DNA of 40,354 bases, from assembly GCA_046597055.1 (NCBI GenBank), contig JBKJLC010000173.1:1-40354 (forward strand), read 5' to 3'. Below, one piece after another: positions 7,872 to 17,878 of the stretch. Under the pieces are notes generated by a model that was given only the letters and a program-made list of their open reading frames with translations, was not told the DNA's origin and made no database searches. Positions within the stretch are counted from its first letter, which is position 1. Every line of letters starts with the position of its first letter. The translations under genes were made by a program, and so were the position numbers. Source of the stretch: Kofleriaceae bacterium. GTDB taxonomy: Bacteria > Myxococcota_A > Polyangia > Haliangiales > Haliangiaceae.

Positions 7872-10313
7872 CTACCGGGAGGAGAAGTGCGCGCTCAGCC
7901 GCAGCATGAGCTGGCGCCCCGGCTGATCCGCGAAGTAGCGGAGGAGGCTCGTGTAGTCGCGGTAACGGGTGGCGAGGAGGTTGCTGCCCTGCAGCGCGAT
8001 CTCGACGGCGTGGCCGCCGATCCGGGTCTGGGTGCCGAGCTCGGCGCCGAGCAGGAAGTAGCCGGCCGGCGGCGGCGCCAAGTCGGCGCCGAGCTGGTAG
8101 CGATGCTGCCGGGTGACGTACTCGCCTGAGACCGAGGCGAACGACTCGTGCAGGCCGCCAAGGTCGGGTGCCCGGTAGGTGAGCGAGCCGCGCGCGCGAT
8201 CCGCGGGCACGAACCCGAGGTAACCACGGTCGGTCGTGTTGCGGGCGCGGACGATCGACACCTGGCCACCGACCTCCAGCCACGGCGCCACCTTCGCCGC
8301 GACGCCACCGTCGACGCCGTAGAAGATCGCGTCGACCGCCCGGGTGACGAAGCGCGGGAAGGTCCCGCGGATCAGCACGTCGAAGATCGGGTTGCCGTCC
8401 GCGTCGATCGCGGGCGCGAAGTCGATGTAGTCCTCGATCGCGTTGTAGTAGGCCGAGGCCTCGGCGGTCACCCGCGTGCCCTGGTACGACGTCGTCGCCG
8501 ACGCCGAGTAGGTTGTCTCCGGGCGCAGGTCGGGCTTGCCGAGCGCGAGGACCGGAAAGGTGGGGGCGGTGCCGTTGAGGTATTGCTCGTCCGGGCTGGG
8601 CGGCCGCGACGCGGTCGACAGATCGAGCTTGATCGACCAGGCCCTGGTGAGCTGGCGCAGGCCGCCGAGCGACGCCGAGATCGTGTGGAACGTCGACGCG
8701 CATTCGACCGGATCCCGCTCGGCGTCGCCGCAGGCGTCCATGGCGAGCTGCCCGCTGCGCACCAGCCGCAGGAAGTCCTGCCGCTCGAGGTTGGCGCTGC
8801 GGGCGTGGCCGTCGTAGCGCAGGCCGAGCTCGACCTCGAAGTCGTGCCCGATGAGCCGCTCGATCGCGTAGGCGCCGGCGCCGAACGACGTGTGGTCGGG
8901 TACCAGCGGCAGGCCCTGGTACCGGTGGATCTGGGCGGTGGCGACCACACCGGCCGAGCCGCGCAGGTGCAGGTGATCGTCGAGGTGGATCGGCACGTGG
9001 TCGAGGGCGAGCTCGGCCTCGTGGGTCATCAGCCGGAAGTTGAACTGGGCGCCGGCCTGGGCCTGCCGGACGATGTCGTACTCGCGCCGCAGGTCGTGCT
9101 GGAACGAGTACGTGCCGGTCAGGGTGCCGACGCGGCGCCAGTCCCAGGTCGCGCGCGCGAGGGCGAGGTCGTGGCCGGCCGCCTGGTAGGGCCGCTCGAT
9201 CTCGAGGTCCGAGGTGTACAGGTCGGCGCCGGTCGGGCGGTCTTGCTCGAGCTGCGCGCGGAAGTCTTCGAGCGACTCGATGCGCAGGCAGCTGCACACC
9301 CCGAGCCGCGCCTGGTAGTGCCGGTACGAGAGCTTGTACTCGTCGCCGTCGTCGCGGTAGCCGGCGGTCGCGCCCAGGTTCCACTCGGCGGTGCCCGTGT
9401 TGTCGAGGGCGTAGTCGGGCGTCGAGGGCGCCGCCAGCCGCTTGAAGCTACCCTCGAGCTGGCCGGCCAGCCCGCGCTTCGACGCCCACTGCAGGCGGCC
9501 GGCAAGAGTGCCGCCGCGGCCATTCGACATGCCGATCAGGTGGGCCTCACCCGCGAGCCCCGGCGCGGTCAGCAGTCCGGGTGGCTCGGCGAGGACCGCG
9601 CCCCCGATCGCGTCGGGCCCGTAGCGCACGCCGGACGCGCCGCGCACGACCGTGAGCTTGTCCGCGATGAACGGATCGATCTCCGGCGCATGGTCGAGGC
9701 CCCACTCCTGCGCGCGGTGGCGGACGCCGTCGACCAGGATCAGCAAGCGGCGGCCGTACTGGCCGCGGATCACCGGCTTGGCCATGCCGCTCGCCGAGCG
9801 CAGCTGGGTGACGCCGGGGACCTCGGCCAGGGTGTCGGCGAACGCGCGGCCGCGGGTCCGCGCCAGCGCGGCCCCCGAGACCTCGGTGGTCGACCGCATG
9901 TCGATCTCGGTCGGCGCCTCCTCCTCGACGAGGATCACCTCGCCGGTCAGCATGGTGAGCTCGAGCTCGACCGAGGTCGCGCCCGGCACGGTCAGCGGGT
10001 GGCGACTGACCGCGTAGTCGGCGCGCTCGACCTCGACCGCGACCAGGCCGCGGCACAGCTGGCCGAGCACGAACCGGCCGTCGCCGTCGGTCTCGCCGAC
10101 GACCACGCCATCGACCGTGACCGTGGCGCCGATGACCGGCTCGTGGGTCGACGCGTCGACCGCGTGGCCGTCGAGCGTGCCGGTGCAGGCGGGGGCCGCC
10201 GGGGTTGCCGCCGGGGGAGCGGCGGGTTGAGCGTGAGCGCGCGCCGACCCCAGCCAGACGCAGAGCGCGCCGGAGATCGACGACAGGACAGCTTGTCTCG
10301 CAACAGATCGCAC
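7872..10313 (-). CDS. TonB-dependent receptor with N-terminal carboxypeptidase-regulatory-like domain (probable metal uptake)
   Basis: Signal peptide; plug motifs LAEVPGV, KPVIRG, QEWGLDHAPEIDP, VVRGASGVRYGPDAIGG; barrel end NLLATRYRDYTSLLRYFADQPGRQLMLRLSAHF. Confidence 0.93.
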   Translation of the reverse strand: MRSVARQAVLSSISGALCVWLGSARAHAQPAAPPAATPAAPACTGTLDGHAVDASTHEPVIGATVTVDGVVVGETDGDGRFVLGQLCRGLVAVEVERADYAVSRHPLTVPGATSVELELTMLTGEVILVEEEAPTEIDMRSTTEVSGAALARTRGRAFADTLAEVPGVTQLRSASGMAKPVIRGQYGRRLLILVDGVRHRAQEWGLDHAPEIDPFIADKLTVVRGASGVRYGPDAIGGAVLAEPPGLLTAPGLAGEAHLIGMSNGRGGTLAGRLQWASKRGLAGQLEGSFKRLAAPSTPDYALDNTGTAEWNLGATAGYRDDGDEYKLSYRHYQARLGVCSCLRIESLEDFRAQLEQDRPTGADLYTSDLEIERPYQAAGHDLALARATWDWRRVGTLTGTYSFQHDLRREYDIVRQAQAGAQFNFRLMTHEAELALDHVPIHLDDHLHLRGSAGVVATAQIHRYQGLPLVPDHTSFGAGAYAIERLIGHDFEVELGLRYDGHARSANLERQDFLRLVRSGQLAMDACGDAERDPVECASTFHTISASLGGLRQLTRAWSIKLDLSTASRPPSPDEQYLNGTAPTFPVLALGKPDLRPETTYSASATTSYQGTRVTAEASAYYNAIEDYIDFAPAIDADGNPIFDVLIRGTFPRFVTRAVDAIFYGVDGGVAAKVAPWLEVGGQVSIVRARNTTDRGYLGFVPADRARGSLTYRAPDLGGLHESFASVSGEYVTRQHRYQLGADLAPPPAGYFLLGAELGTQTRIGGHAVEIALQGSNLLATRYRDYTSLLRYFADQPGRQLMLRLSAHFSSR

Positions 10314-10395
10314 GGGGAGACCTTCCGCTGAGCAGCGGGGTGACGTCGTCAGCGCGCCCGGAGCTCGAGCGCGGCTGACACCGGGACGACAGGGT

Positions 10396-10827
10396 CTACG
10401 CGGCGTGCGGAGGCGAGATCTTGGGAGCGAGCCGGTACAGCGCGCGCGGGCCCGCCAGCGGCAGGTCGCGCGGCAACCCGAGCTCGTCGACGGTGGTCGC
10501 CGGCGCGGCGGTCAACACCGGCGGGTGGCCGACGCGGGTCGTGCGCAGCTCGGACAGCCAGGTGCAGTGCGCGTCGTCGACCTCGGCGAGGTCGCCGTCG
10601 GCACCCTGGATCGACGTCGCGTCGGGCGTCGGCGTCACGTGCGCGGGCTGCGCCCGATCGACGCTGACATGGACCACCTCGTCATGCGCCGCGCAGCGCG
10701 CGTGGCGCACGACCATCAGGTGCACCATCGCGAACGCCTGCGCGACCAGGCACACCACCGCGATCGCGGCGAGGAAGCGCCGGGACGGCAGGCTGGGATG
10801 CGAGGTGGAGGCCGACACGCGAGGCAC
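10396..10827 (-). CDS. His/Cys-rich small membrane protein ending LYRLAPKISPPHAA; candidate DUF2946-like leader
   Basis: One hydrophobic helix, HLMVVRHARCAAHDEVVH, DDAHC, Pro-rich tail; directly upstream of the TBDR. Start is GTG 10827 or 10818. Confidence 0.7.
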   Translation of the reverse strand: MPRVSASTSHPSLPSRRFLAAIAVVCLVAQAFAMVHLMVVRHARCAAHDEVVHVSVDRAQPAHVTPTPDATSIQGADGDLAEVDDAHCTWLSELRTTRVGHPPVLTAAPATTVDELGLPRDLPLAGPRALYRLAPKISPPHAA

Positions 10828-10852
10828 GCCCCAGCGTCCGGGGGCTCCCGCA

Positions 10853-10903
10853 GTCGTATCGGACGACCGCAGGCCCGTCAAGTCCAAGTGCAATTCGGTT
10901 GCA
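10853..10903 (-). promoter_or_regulatory. sigma70-like promoter plus TGCAA-N5-TTGCA palindromic operator (Fur-family/Zur-like)
   Basis: Minus strand TTGACG (10881-10876), 17-nt spacer, TACGAC (10858-10853); palindrome TGCAATTCGGTTGCA at 10889-10903. Confidence 0.55.
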
Positions 10904-11121
10904 GGTGGCGCGCGCGTGGACGGCCTCCCGGATCCGTCGAGAATCGAGGCGCAGGATGAGGCGGTGGTCACCGACGATGCCGACCTCGGCCTCGAGATCG
11001 TCGACGCCATCGAAGGTGGGCGCGTGCCGTGACCGCGGAGCCTGGGCGAGCGCACGAGCTCGCAGAAACGCCGACGACCGCCCTTGCCGCGGTCGTCGGC
11101 CGAGCTGTCGTCATTCCATGG

Positions 11122-11508
<387 letters not shown>

Positions 11509-11570
11509 CTTGTCTCCTTCGCGCCTTGAGTGGCGCCAGGACAACCTGCGTGCTCGGCCTGCCTCGTGCT

Positions 11571-11641
11571 CGTTAAGGCTCCATGAACCCGAGAGCGCAC
11601 CCGGACTCGACACGGGTCGACCCGTTCATCGAGTCTTAACG
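11571..11641. promoter_or_regulatory. Pair of inverted OmpR-type tandem sites GTTCAT-N5-CTTAAC, one per PepSY gene
   Basis: 11571-11588 CGTTAAGGCTCCATGAAC and 11624-11641 GTTCATCGAGTCTTAACG are reverse complements at 16 of 18 positions. Confidence 0.7.
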
Positions 11642-11699
11642 CTCCAGCGCGTCGCGGTGACCCATGCTGGGGAACACTCACCCGGAAGGAGAACTCGAA

Positions 11700-12020
11700 A
11701 TGTCCAAGCATCGTCGCTCTGTCCGGCTGGTCCTCGCTCTGACGTTCGCCACGCTCTCCGCCGGCGGCACGAATGCCGATGCAGGCAGGAAGAAGAAGGC
11801 CGAGAAGCACCAGGCCGCGCTCGCGGTCGAGAGGGCGCGAGAGATCGCGCTGGCGGAGGTTCCGGGCGTGATCCGCAGCGAGGAGCTGGAGAAGGAGCAC
11901 GGTCGCTGGATCTACTCGTTCATCATCAAGCCCACCGGCGTGAAGAAGAAGATCGTCAAGGAGGTCAACGTCGACGCCGATAGCGGCGAGATCGTCGACG
12001 TCGAGACCGAGCGCGAGTAA
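11700..12020 (+). CDS. PepSY-domain secreted protein
   Basis: Signal peptide; RAREIALAEVPG..EELEKEHGRWIYSFII..KEVNVDADSGEIV; AAGGAG RBS at 11686-11691; paralogue of 11122..11508. Confidence 0.88.
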   Translation: MSKHRRSVRLVLALTFATLSAGGTNADAGRKKKAEKHQAALAVERAREIALAEVPGVIRSEELEKEHGRWIYSFIIKPTGVKKKIVKEVNVDADSGEIVDVETERE

Positions 12021-12046
12021 CGGATCGGCGGGGGAGCGGCTCGCGA

Positions 12047-13123
12047 CTACGCCGCCGGCAGGCGCGCGATGAAGCGGGCGCCGCCGCCGGGAACGTCGTC
12101 GACCAGCAGGACGCCACGCTGCGCCTCGACGATGCGGCGTGCCACCGAGAGGCCGAGCCCGACGCCGCCGTCGTCGCCGCGGCGGTCGGCGGCGGTCGTG
12201 CCACGCGCGAACGGCAGGAAGATGCGCTCGCGCTCCGACAACGGGACCCCGGGGCCCTGATCGCTGACGACGAGCTCCACGTCCATTCCGGTGCGGCGCG
12301 CCTGCACGGCGACGAGGCCGCCCCTCGGCGAGTGCGCGATCGCGTTGCTCACCAGGTTGCCGAGCGCGACCGCGAGGGCGTCGGCGTCGCCGTTGACGGC
12401 GACCGCGTCGGCGTCGGCCGTGAGTCGCACGCCCGCGCGCTCCGCGGCGGTGGCCCAGCGCGCCGCGACCTCGTCGACCAGGGCGCGACCATCGACCCGC
12501 GCGTCTCCGGGCGGCGTCACGCTGGCGCGCATGAGGCGGAGGAGCGCCTCCACCATCGCGGTCATTCGCGCCACTTCGGTGCGGGCACGGTCGGCCACGG
12601 TCTCCCACTCGTCCGGCGTCCGAGAACGCCTCCGCGCCACCTCGAGATCGGACGACATCACGGCGAGCGGTGTGCGCAGCTCGTGCGAAGCGTCGGCCAC
12701 GAACTGCTTCTGGGCGGCGATGCCCTCCTCCAGCCGTCCGAACAGTCCATTGAGCGCCGTGGCGAGCTCGTCGAGCTCGTCTCCGGCGGAGGAAATCGGC
12801 AGCCGCTCGGCGAGGTCCTCGTGCGTGAGCCGGTGGGCAGCGGCCACCACGCTGTCGAGCCGGTCGGTGACCCGCCGGGCGATGCGCCGCGTCGTGAAGA
12901 ACGCCAGGACCAGGACGACGGGGGCGGTGACGGCGATCGGGATCGCGAGCTGGGAGATCGCTTCGTCGAACGGATCCTCCTCGGGCTCGGTCTTCGCGGC
13001 CTCCTCGGCGGTCTCGTGGCTCCACACCACGACCGCGGTCGTGACTCCGAAGAGCAGGAGTGCCGCCGTCGCGGTGACGGCGGTCCAGCCGGCGAGGCGT
13101 GCGCCGAGTCTGCGCCGGCTCAT
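12047..13123 (-). CDS. HAMP-domain sensor histidine kinase
   Basis: Two TM helices, HAMP (DELDELATALN), H-box FVADASHELRTPL, NLVSNAIAHS, DQGPG, GLGLSVAR. Confidence 0.95.
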   Translation of the reverse strand: MSRRRLGARLAGWTAVTATAALLLFGVTTAVVVWSHETAEEAAKTEPEEDPFDEAISQLAIPIAVTAPVVLVLAFFTTRRIARRVTDRLDSVVAAAHRLTHEDLAERLPISSAGDELDELATALNGLFGRLEEGIAAQKQFVADASHELRTPLAVMSSDLEVARRRSRTPDEWETVADRARTEVARMTAMVEALLRLMRASVTPPGDARVDGRALVDEVAARWATAAERAGVRLTADADAVAVNGDADALAVALGNLVSNAIAHSPRGGLVAVQARRTGMDVELVVSDQGPGVPLSERERIFLPFARGTTAADRRGDDGGVGLGLSVARRIVEAQRGVLLVDDVPGGGARFIARLPAA

Positions 13124-13785
13124 GACGTGACCTCGAGCCGGAAGCCCGCGGCGCGGAGCGTCTCGATCACGACCGGGGCGCCGGCGAGCTTCTTGCGGAG
13201 GTGGGCGAGGTGGACGTCGATGAGGTTGGTCCCCGGGTCAAACCCGTAGCCAAACACCTCCCGCAAGATGTCCGACCGTGACACCACCTCGCCGCGCCTC
13301 CGGACGAGGTAGGTGAGCAGCGCGTGCTCGCGCGGCGAGAGGGCGATGACCCGCCCGCCGGTCCGCGCCGTGAGGTCCGCCTGGAGGGTCAGGGCCCCGG
13401 CGTCGAGCGCCGTCCAGCGCGGCCCGCTCGCCCGCCGCGTGAGCGCGCGCAAGCGCGCCAGCAGCTCCGCGAACGCGAACGGCTTGATCAGGTAGTCGTC
13501 GGCACCGGCGTCGAGCGCTGCGGTGCGCGCCTCGACGGCGTCCCGTGCGGTCAGGACGAGGACCGGGACGTGGATCTCGGCCGCGCGGATCCGTCGCAGG
13601 ACCTCCATCCCATCGAGGTCGGGCAGGCCGAGGTCCAGCACGATCGCATCGACGTCGGCCTTGAGGGCGAGCTCGATGGCGTCGAGACCGCGCAGGGCGG
13701 TGATCGTGCTGATCTGCTCCTCGCCGAGCCCCTGGACCAGCGAGTCCACGAGTCGGCGATTGTCCTCGACGAGCAACACCTTCAT
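13120..13785 (-). CDS. OmpR/PhoB-family response regulator
   Basis: MKVLLVEDN, LDLGLPDLDG, LTARD, GADDYLIKPF, winged helix TNLIDVHLAHLRKKL; ATGA overlaps with both neighbours. Confidence 0.96.
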   Translation of the reverse strand: MKVLLVEDNRRLVDSLVQGLGEEQISTITALRGLDAIELALKADVDAIVLDLGLPDLDGMEVLRRIRAAEIHVPVLVLTARDAVEARTAALDAGADDYLIKPFAFAELLARLRALTRRASGPRWTALDAGALTLQADLTARTGGRVIALSPREHALLTYLVRRRGEVVSRSDILREVFGYGFDPGTNLIDVHLAHLRKKLAGAPVVIETLRAAGFRLEVTS

Positions 13786-16700
13786 GGCTGGACCTTCCTG
13801 CCTAGCACGAGGCCGGCCAGCCCAGGGAGGACCAGGATCGTGACGAGCGTGGAGACGACGAGCCCACCGATCACGGCGATCGCGAGCGGTCGCTGGAGCT
13901 CGGACCCGGCGCCGATCCCGGCCGCGAGCGGTGCGAGCCCGGCGATCGTCGCGAACGTCGTCATCAAGATCGGGCGAGCGCGCCGGCGTGCGGCGCCGGC
14001 CAGGGCGTCGTCGAGCGGGACGCCGGCCGCTCGCAGGCGCTCGGCGTGCTCGAGGAGGAGGATCCCGTTCTTGACCACCAGACCGACCAGCAGGATGCAG
14101 CCGGTCATCGAGGAGATGTCGAGCGGCAGGCCGGTGGCCACGAGGACCGCGAGCGCGCCGACCACGGCCAGTGGGGCTCCGAGCAAGACGATCACGGCCA
14201 GCCGCAGCGAGCGGAGCTGGATGACCAGGACGATCAGCACGAGGCCGGCGCCGAGCGCGCCGACCATCAGCAACTCGTGCCGGGCCGCCCGCGCGGAGGC
14301 GGCCTGTCCGCCGATCTCGTAGCGGACCCCTTGGGGCAGATCCAACCCGGCGATCACCCTGCGAACGTCACGCTCGGCGGCCCCCAGGTCGCCACCCTTC
14401 ACGGCCGCGGTCAGAATGACCACGGGTGTGAGCCCCTCGCGGATCAGGACCGACGGCGCCGCGGGTCGGTCGAACCGCACGACCGCGCCCAGCGCGACCG
14501 GCTCGGCGCCCCAGCGGATCGGAACCCGCGCGAGGGACGTCGCGTCGAGCCGGATCCGGTCGGCAAGCCGGACGCGCACGCCCACGGGCTGGCCTGGGCG
14601 AGGGACCTCGGCGACGATCCTGCCACGGACCGCGACCGCGAGATCCGCGGCGAGGGTCGCGGCATCCAGCCCAAGCGCGCCGGCGGTGACGCGATTGACG
14701 GTGGCGCGCAAGATCGGGACGTCTCCAGCGACGCCGTCGAACAGGTCCTCGAGCGCGGGCACCGCGGAGAGCCGCGTCCCGGCGTCGCGCGCCACCGCCT
14801 CGAGCTGCTTGGCGTCGTCTCCGAGGAAATGCACCTCGATCGGCGACGGATTGCCGGCCAGGTCGCCCAGCACATCCTGCAACAGCTGCACGAACTCGAC
14901 CTGGACGCCGGGGGCCTCGCCGGCCAGGCGTTCACGGATGCGCGCGATCACCGTCTCGACCCCGGCACGGCGGTCGCGCGCGTCCAGGCGAACCATGACG
15001 TCGCCTTCGTTCTGCAACGTGGCGGTCGCCGGCCCCATCTCGGTGCCGGTGCGGCGCGTGAACGTGACCACCTCGGGCGTGGTGGCCAGCACGCGGTCGA
15101 TGCTGCGCGCGGCTGCGTCGGTGTCCTCGATCGACGTCCCGGGTGGAAGCCGAAAGTCGAGGACGAAGGTCCCCTCGTCCATGGGCGGGAGGAAGCCCGT
15201 CTGGACGCGCGCGATGAGCAGATACCCGGCGAGTCCGAGCAGCGCGACCGGGATCAGCGCCAGGTACCTGCGATGGAACAGCCAGCGCGCGGCGCCGTCG
15301 AGCCGGCTCGCGCCTCCGGCGTGATCGACCGGCCTGCGCCGGCGTCGAAGCAGATGGGTCGCGAGCAGGGGGCACACCGTCAACGAGAACACCATCGACA
15401 GCAGCACCGCGATGCAGAGCGTCCCCGCGAGCGAGCGCAGAAAGCTTCCGGTGATGCCCGACAGCAGGGCGAGCGGGGCGAACACCACGACGGTGGTCAT
15501 GGTCGTCCCCACCACGGCGGCGAACAGGTCGGCGGATCCCCGGTCCGCCGCGTCGATCGGATCGGCGCCTTCCTCGAGCCTGCGGACGATCCCCTCGGTC
15601 ACCACGATCGCGTCGTCGACGACGAGGCCGATCGCGATCGCCAGGCCACCCAGCGACATCAGGTCGAGCGTCATGTGGAACCACTTCATGACCGCGAAGG
15701 TCGCGAGCAGGCTCATCGGCACGGGCACCGCCGCCACGATGCCGGCGCGGAGGTCGCGCAGGAACAGCGCGATCACCAGCAGCGAGAGGCCGACGCCGAG
15801 CAGGATCGCGTCGCGGACGCTGGTCATCGACTCCGTGACGAGCGCTGCCTGGTCGTAGACGGGCGTGACGGTCACCCCGTCGGGCAAGGCCCCTGTCGTC
15901 ACGAGCTCGTCGATCGCACGGCGTGTGCCCTCGACCACCGCGACCGTGCTCGCGCCCGGCATCCGGGCCACCTGGATCACCGCCAGCTCTCCGTCCGGGC
16001 CCCGGACAATGACGTCGGGGTCCGCCCATCCCTCCCTGACGTCCGCGACCGCGGAGAGCGGGATCGGGCCGTGTGGTCCCTGGGCGACCGGCAGCGAGGC
16101 GAGCCCGGCCAGATCGACCGGACGGGCGTCCACCACCAGCGGCAAGGTCTGGCGGGCGTCCCGAACCCGACCTACGCCAACGAACTGGTCCTGCCGTGAC
16201 AGCGCGTCGGCGACCGCGCTCGGGGTGAGGCGCAGGTCAGCGAGCGCCTGGGGCCGGAGCTCGACCTCGATCTCGCGCACCCGTCCGCCCTGCACGACGA
16301 CGCCGCCGACGCCAGGCACCCGCACCACCGCCGGACGGATGACCCGCTCCGCGGTCTCTCGCAAGACCCGTGGGTCGGCCCCGGCGACGTTGAACGTGAC
16401 GACCGGGATCTCGGTGGGCAGCACGCGCTCGATCTCGAGTTCCGTGTCGGCGGGTAGGTCGACGCCGGCCACCGCCGCACGGCACAACTGCTCGGCGCGC
16501 ATGGGATCGACACCCGGCGCGAGCAGCACGTTGATCTCGGCAGCGCCGCGGATGGTGCGGGCGCGGACGTGGCGCACGCCCGGCACCACGGCGAGCGCCT
16601 GCTCGAGCGGACGCGTGATCTGCAGCTCGACGAGATCCGGCGGCTGCTGCGCGCGGCGCGCGACCACCACGACGCGTGGAAACTCCATCTCGGGATAGAT

Positions 16701-16805
16701 GCCGGTGGGGAGCTCGAACAGGGCGATCGCGCCGGCCATCACGAACGCCAGGCTGGCGAGCCAGACCAGGCTCGCGCGCCCCCGGAGTCGCGAGGCGAGC
16801 TTCAT
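13782..16805 (-). CDS. RND efflux permease (AcrB/CusA superfamily)
   Basis: 1007 aa; TM4 GLVVDDAIVVTE, TM10 GLVVKNGILL, RARPILMTT, RPLAIAVIGGL. Confidence 0.96.
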   Translation of the reverse strand: MKLASRLRGRASLVWLASLAFVMAGAIALFELPTGIYPEMEFPRVVVVARRAQQPPDLVELQITRPLEQALAVVPGVRHVRARTIRGAAEINVLLAPGVDPMRAEQLCRAAVAGVDLPADTELEIERVLPTEIPVVTFNVAGADPRVLRETAERVIRPAVVRVPGVGGVVVQGGRVREIEVELRPQALADLRLTPSAVADALSRQDQFVGVGRVRDARQTLPLVVDARPVDLAGLASLPVAQGPHGPIPLSAVADVREGWADPDVIVRGPDGELAVIQVARMPGASTVAVVEGTRRAIDELVTTGALPDGVTVTPVYDQAALVTESMTSVRDAILLGVGLSLLVIALFLRDLRAGIVAAVPVPMSLLATFAVMKWFHMTLDLMSLGGLAIAIGLVVDDAIVVTEGIVRRLEEGADPIDAADRGSADLFAAVVGTTMTTVVVFAPLALLSGITGSFLRSLAGTLCIAVLLSMVFSLTVCPLLATHLLRRRRRPVDHAGGASRLDGAARWLFHRRYLALIPVALLGLAGYLLIARVQTGFLPPMDEGTFVLDFRLPPGTSIEDTDAAARSIDRVLATTPEVVTFTRRTGTEMGPATATLQNEGDVMVRLDARDRRAGVETVIARIRERLAGEAPGVQVEFVQLLQDVLGDLAGNPSPIEVHFLGDDAKQLEAVARDAGTRLSAVPALEDLFDGVAGDVPILRATVNRVTAGALGLDAATLAADLAVAVRGRIVAEVPRPGQPVGVRVRLADRIRLDATSLARVPIRWGAEPVALGAVVRFDRPAAPSVLIREGLTPVVILTAAVKGGDLGAAERDVRRVIAGLDLPQGVRYEIGGQAASARAARHELLMVGALGAGLVLIVLVIQLRSLRLAVIVLLGAPLAVVGALAVLVATGLPLDISSMTGCILLVGLVVKNGILLLEHAERLRAAGVPLDDALAGAARRRARPILMTTFATIAGLAPLAAGIGAGSELQRPLAIAVIGGLVVSTLVTILVLPGLAGLVLGRKVQP

Positions 16806-17878
16806 CGGCCCACCTCGATCGCGGCGCCGTCCTCGATCCCCAGCACGCGATCGACGATGACCGCGTCGCCGGCAGCGAGCCCGGCGCGGACCTCGACGCC
16901 GTCTGCGGTCCGTTCGCCGAGCTCGACCGCGCGGACCTTGGCGTGATCGTCAGCGCAGACGAGCACCTCGTCGGTGCCGTCGAGGGCGCGCCGGAACGCC
17001 GCGGAGGGCGCGAGCAGCGCGACGCGCGGAGACCGTGCGACGGTCGCGACGCCCGGGAGGCCGATCGGGGGCGACCAGCCAGCAGGCAGGGTCAGCCGGA
17101 TCCGTACCGAGCCCAAGGAGGTCAGCGGGTCGAGCGCCCGCGCGACGGCGACGATCTCGCCGGACCCCGAGGTGCCGGGGATGGCATCGAGGATGACCGT
17201 CGCCTGCGTGCCCGGCGTCAGGCCGATCAGGTCGGCGCCCATGACCTGGGCTCGCAGCTCCAGCACCGACAGATCCGCGATCTCGATGATCGACGTGTCC
17301 GCGACGTCCACCACCGATCCCGCGGTCTTGAGGACGCGCAACACCGTGCCGGCGCGTGGTGCGCGAAGGTCCGTGCGCGCCAGTTGACCGCGCGCCAGCT
17401 TGCTACGCGCGCGGGCCGCCTCGACGCTGGCGCGCGCCGCGTCCTCGCGAGCCCGGGCCTGGTCGAGGTCCTTCTGCGGCGCGATCCCCTCGCCGACCAG
17501 CGTTTCGCGGCGCGCCCGATCCGACGTCGCCGCGCGCAGCTCCGCCTCCGCCACCGTCACCTCTGCGCCACTCTGCTGCGCCGTGGCGCCCAGGTTCGGA
17601 TCCTCCATGACGGCGACCAGCTGGTGCGCGGTCACGGTGTCGCCCTCCTCGACGAGCAGCTTCACGATCCTACCTGGGACTGTCGACGCCACGACCGCCT
17701 GCGCGAGCGGCGGCGCCGAGATCGTGCCGCGGAGCTCCACGTGTGTGGCGATCGTCTCCTGAGTCACCGGGGCGCAGGTGACGCGAACGGGAACCGGCTC
17801 GGACCCCTTGGCGGCGCCGCTGCCACCCTGGTCGCAACCGGCGAGACATGCCAGCGCCACGAGCGTCGGCCATCTCAC
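16802..17878 (-). CDS. RND periplasmic adaptor (membrane fusion lipoprotein)
   Basis: GTG overlapping the TolC stop; lipobox LAGC; GRIVKLLVEEGDTV, helical hairpin, LRAPRAGTV, GLAAGDAVIV. Confidence 0.92.
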   Translation of the reverse strand: MRWPTLVALACLAGCDQGGSGAAKGSEPVPVRVTCAPVTQETIATHVELRGTISAPPLAQAVVASTVPGRIVKLLVEEGDTVTAHQLVAVMEDPNLGATAQQSGAEVTVAEAELRAATSDRARRETLVGEGIAPQKDLDQARAREDAARASVEAARARSKLARGQLARTDLRAPRAGTVLRVLKTAGSVVDVADTSIIEIADLSVLELRAQVMGADLIGLTPGTQATVILDAIPGTSGSGEIVAVARALDPLTSLGSVRIRLTLPAGWSPPIGLPGVATVARSPRVALLAPSAAFRRALDGTDEVLVCADDHAKVRAVELGERTADGVEVRAGLAAGDAVIVDRVLGIEDGAAIEVGR

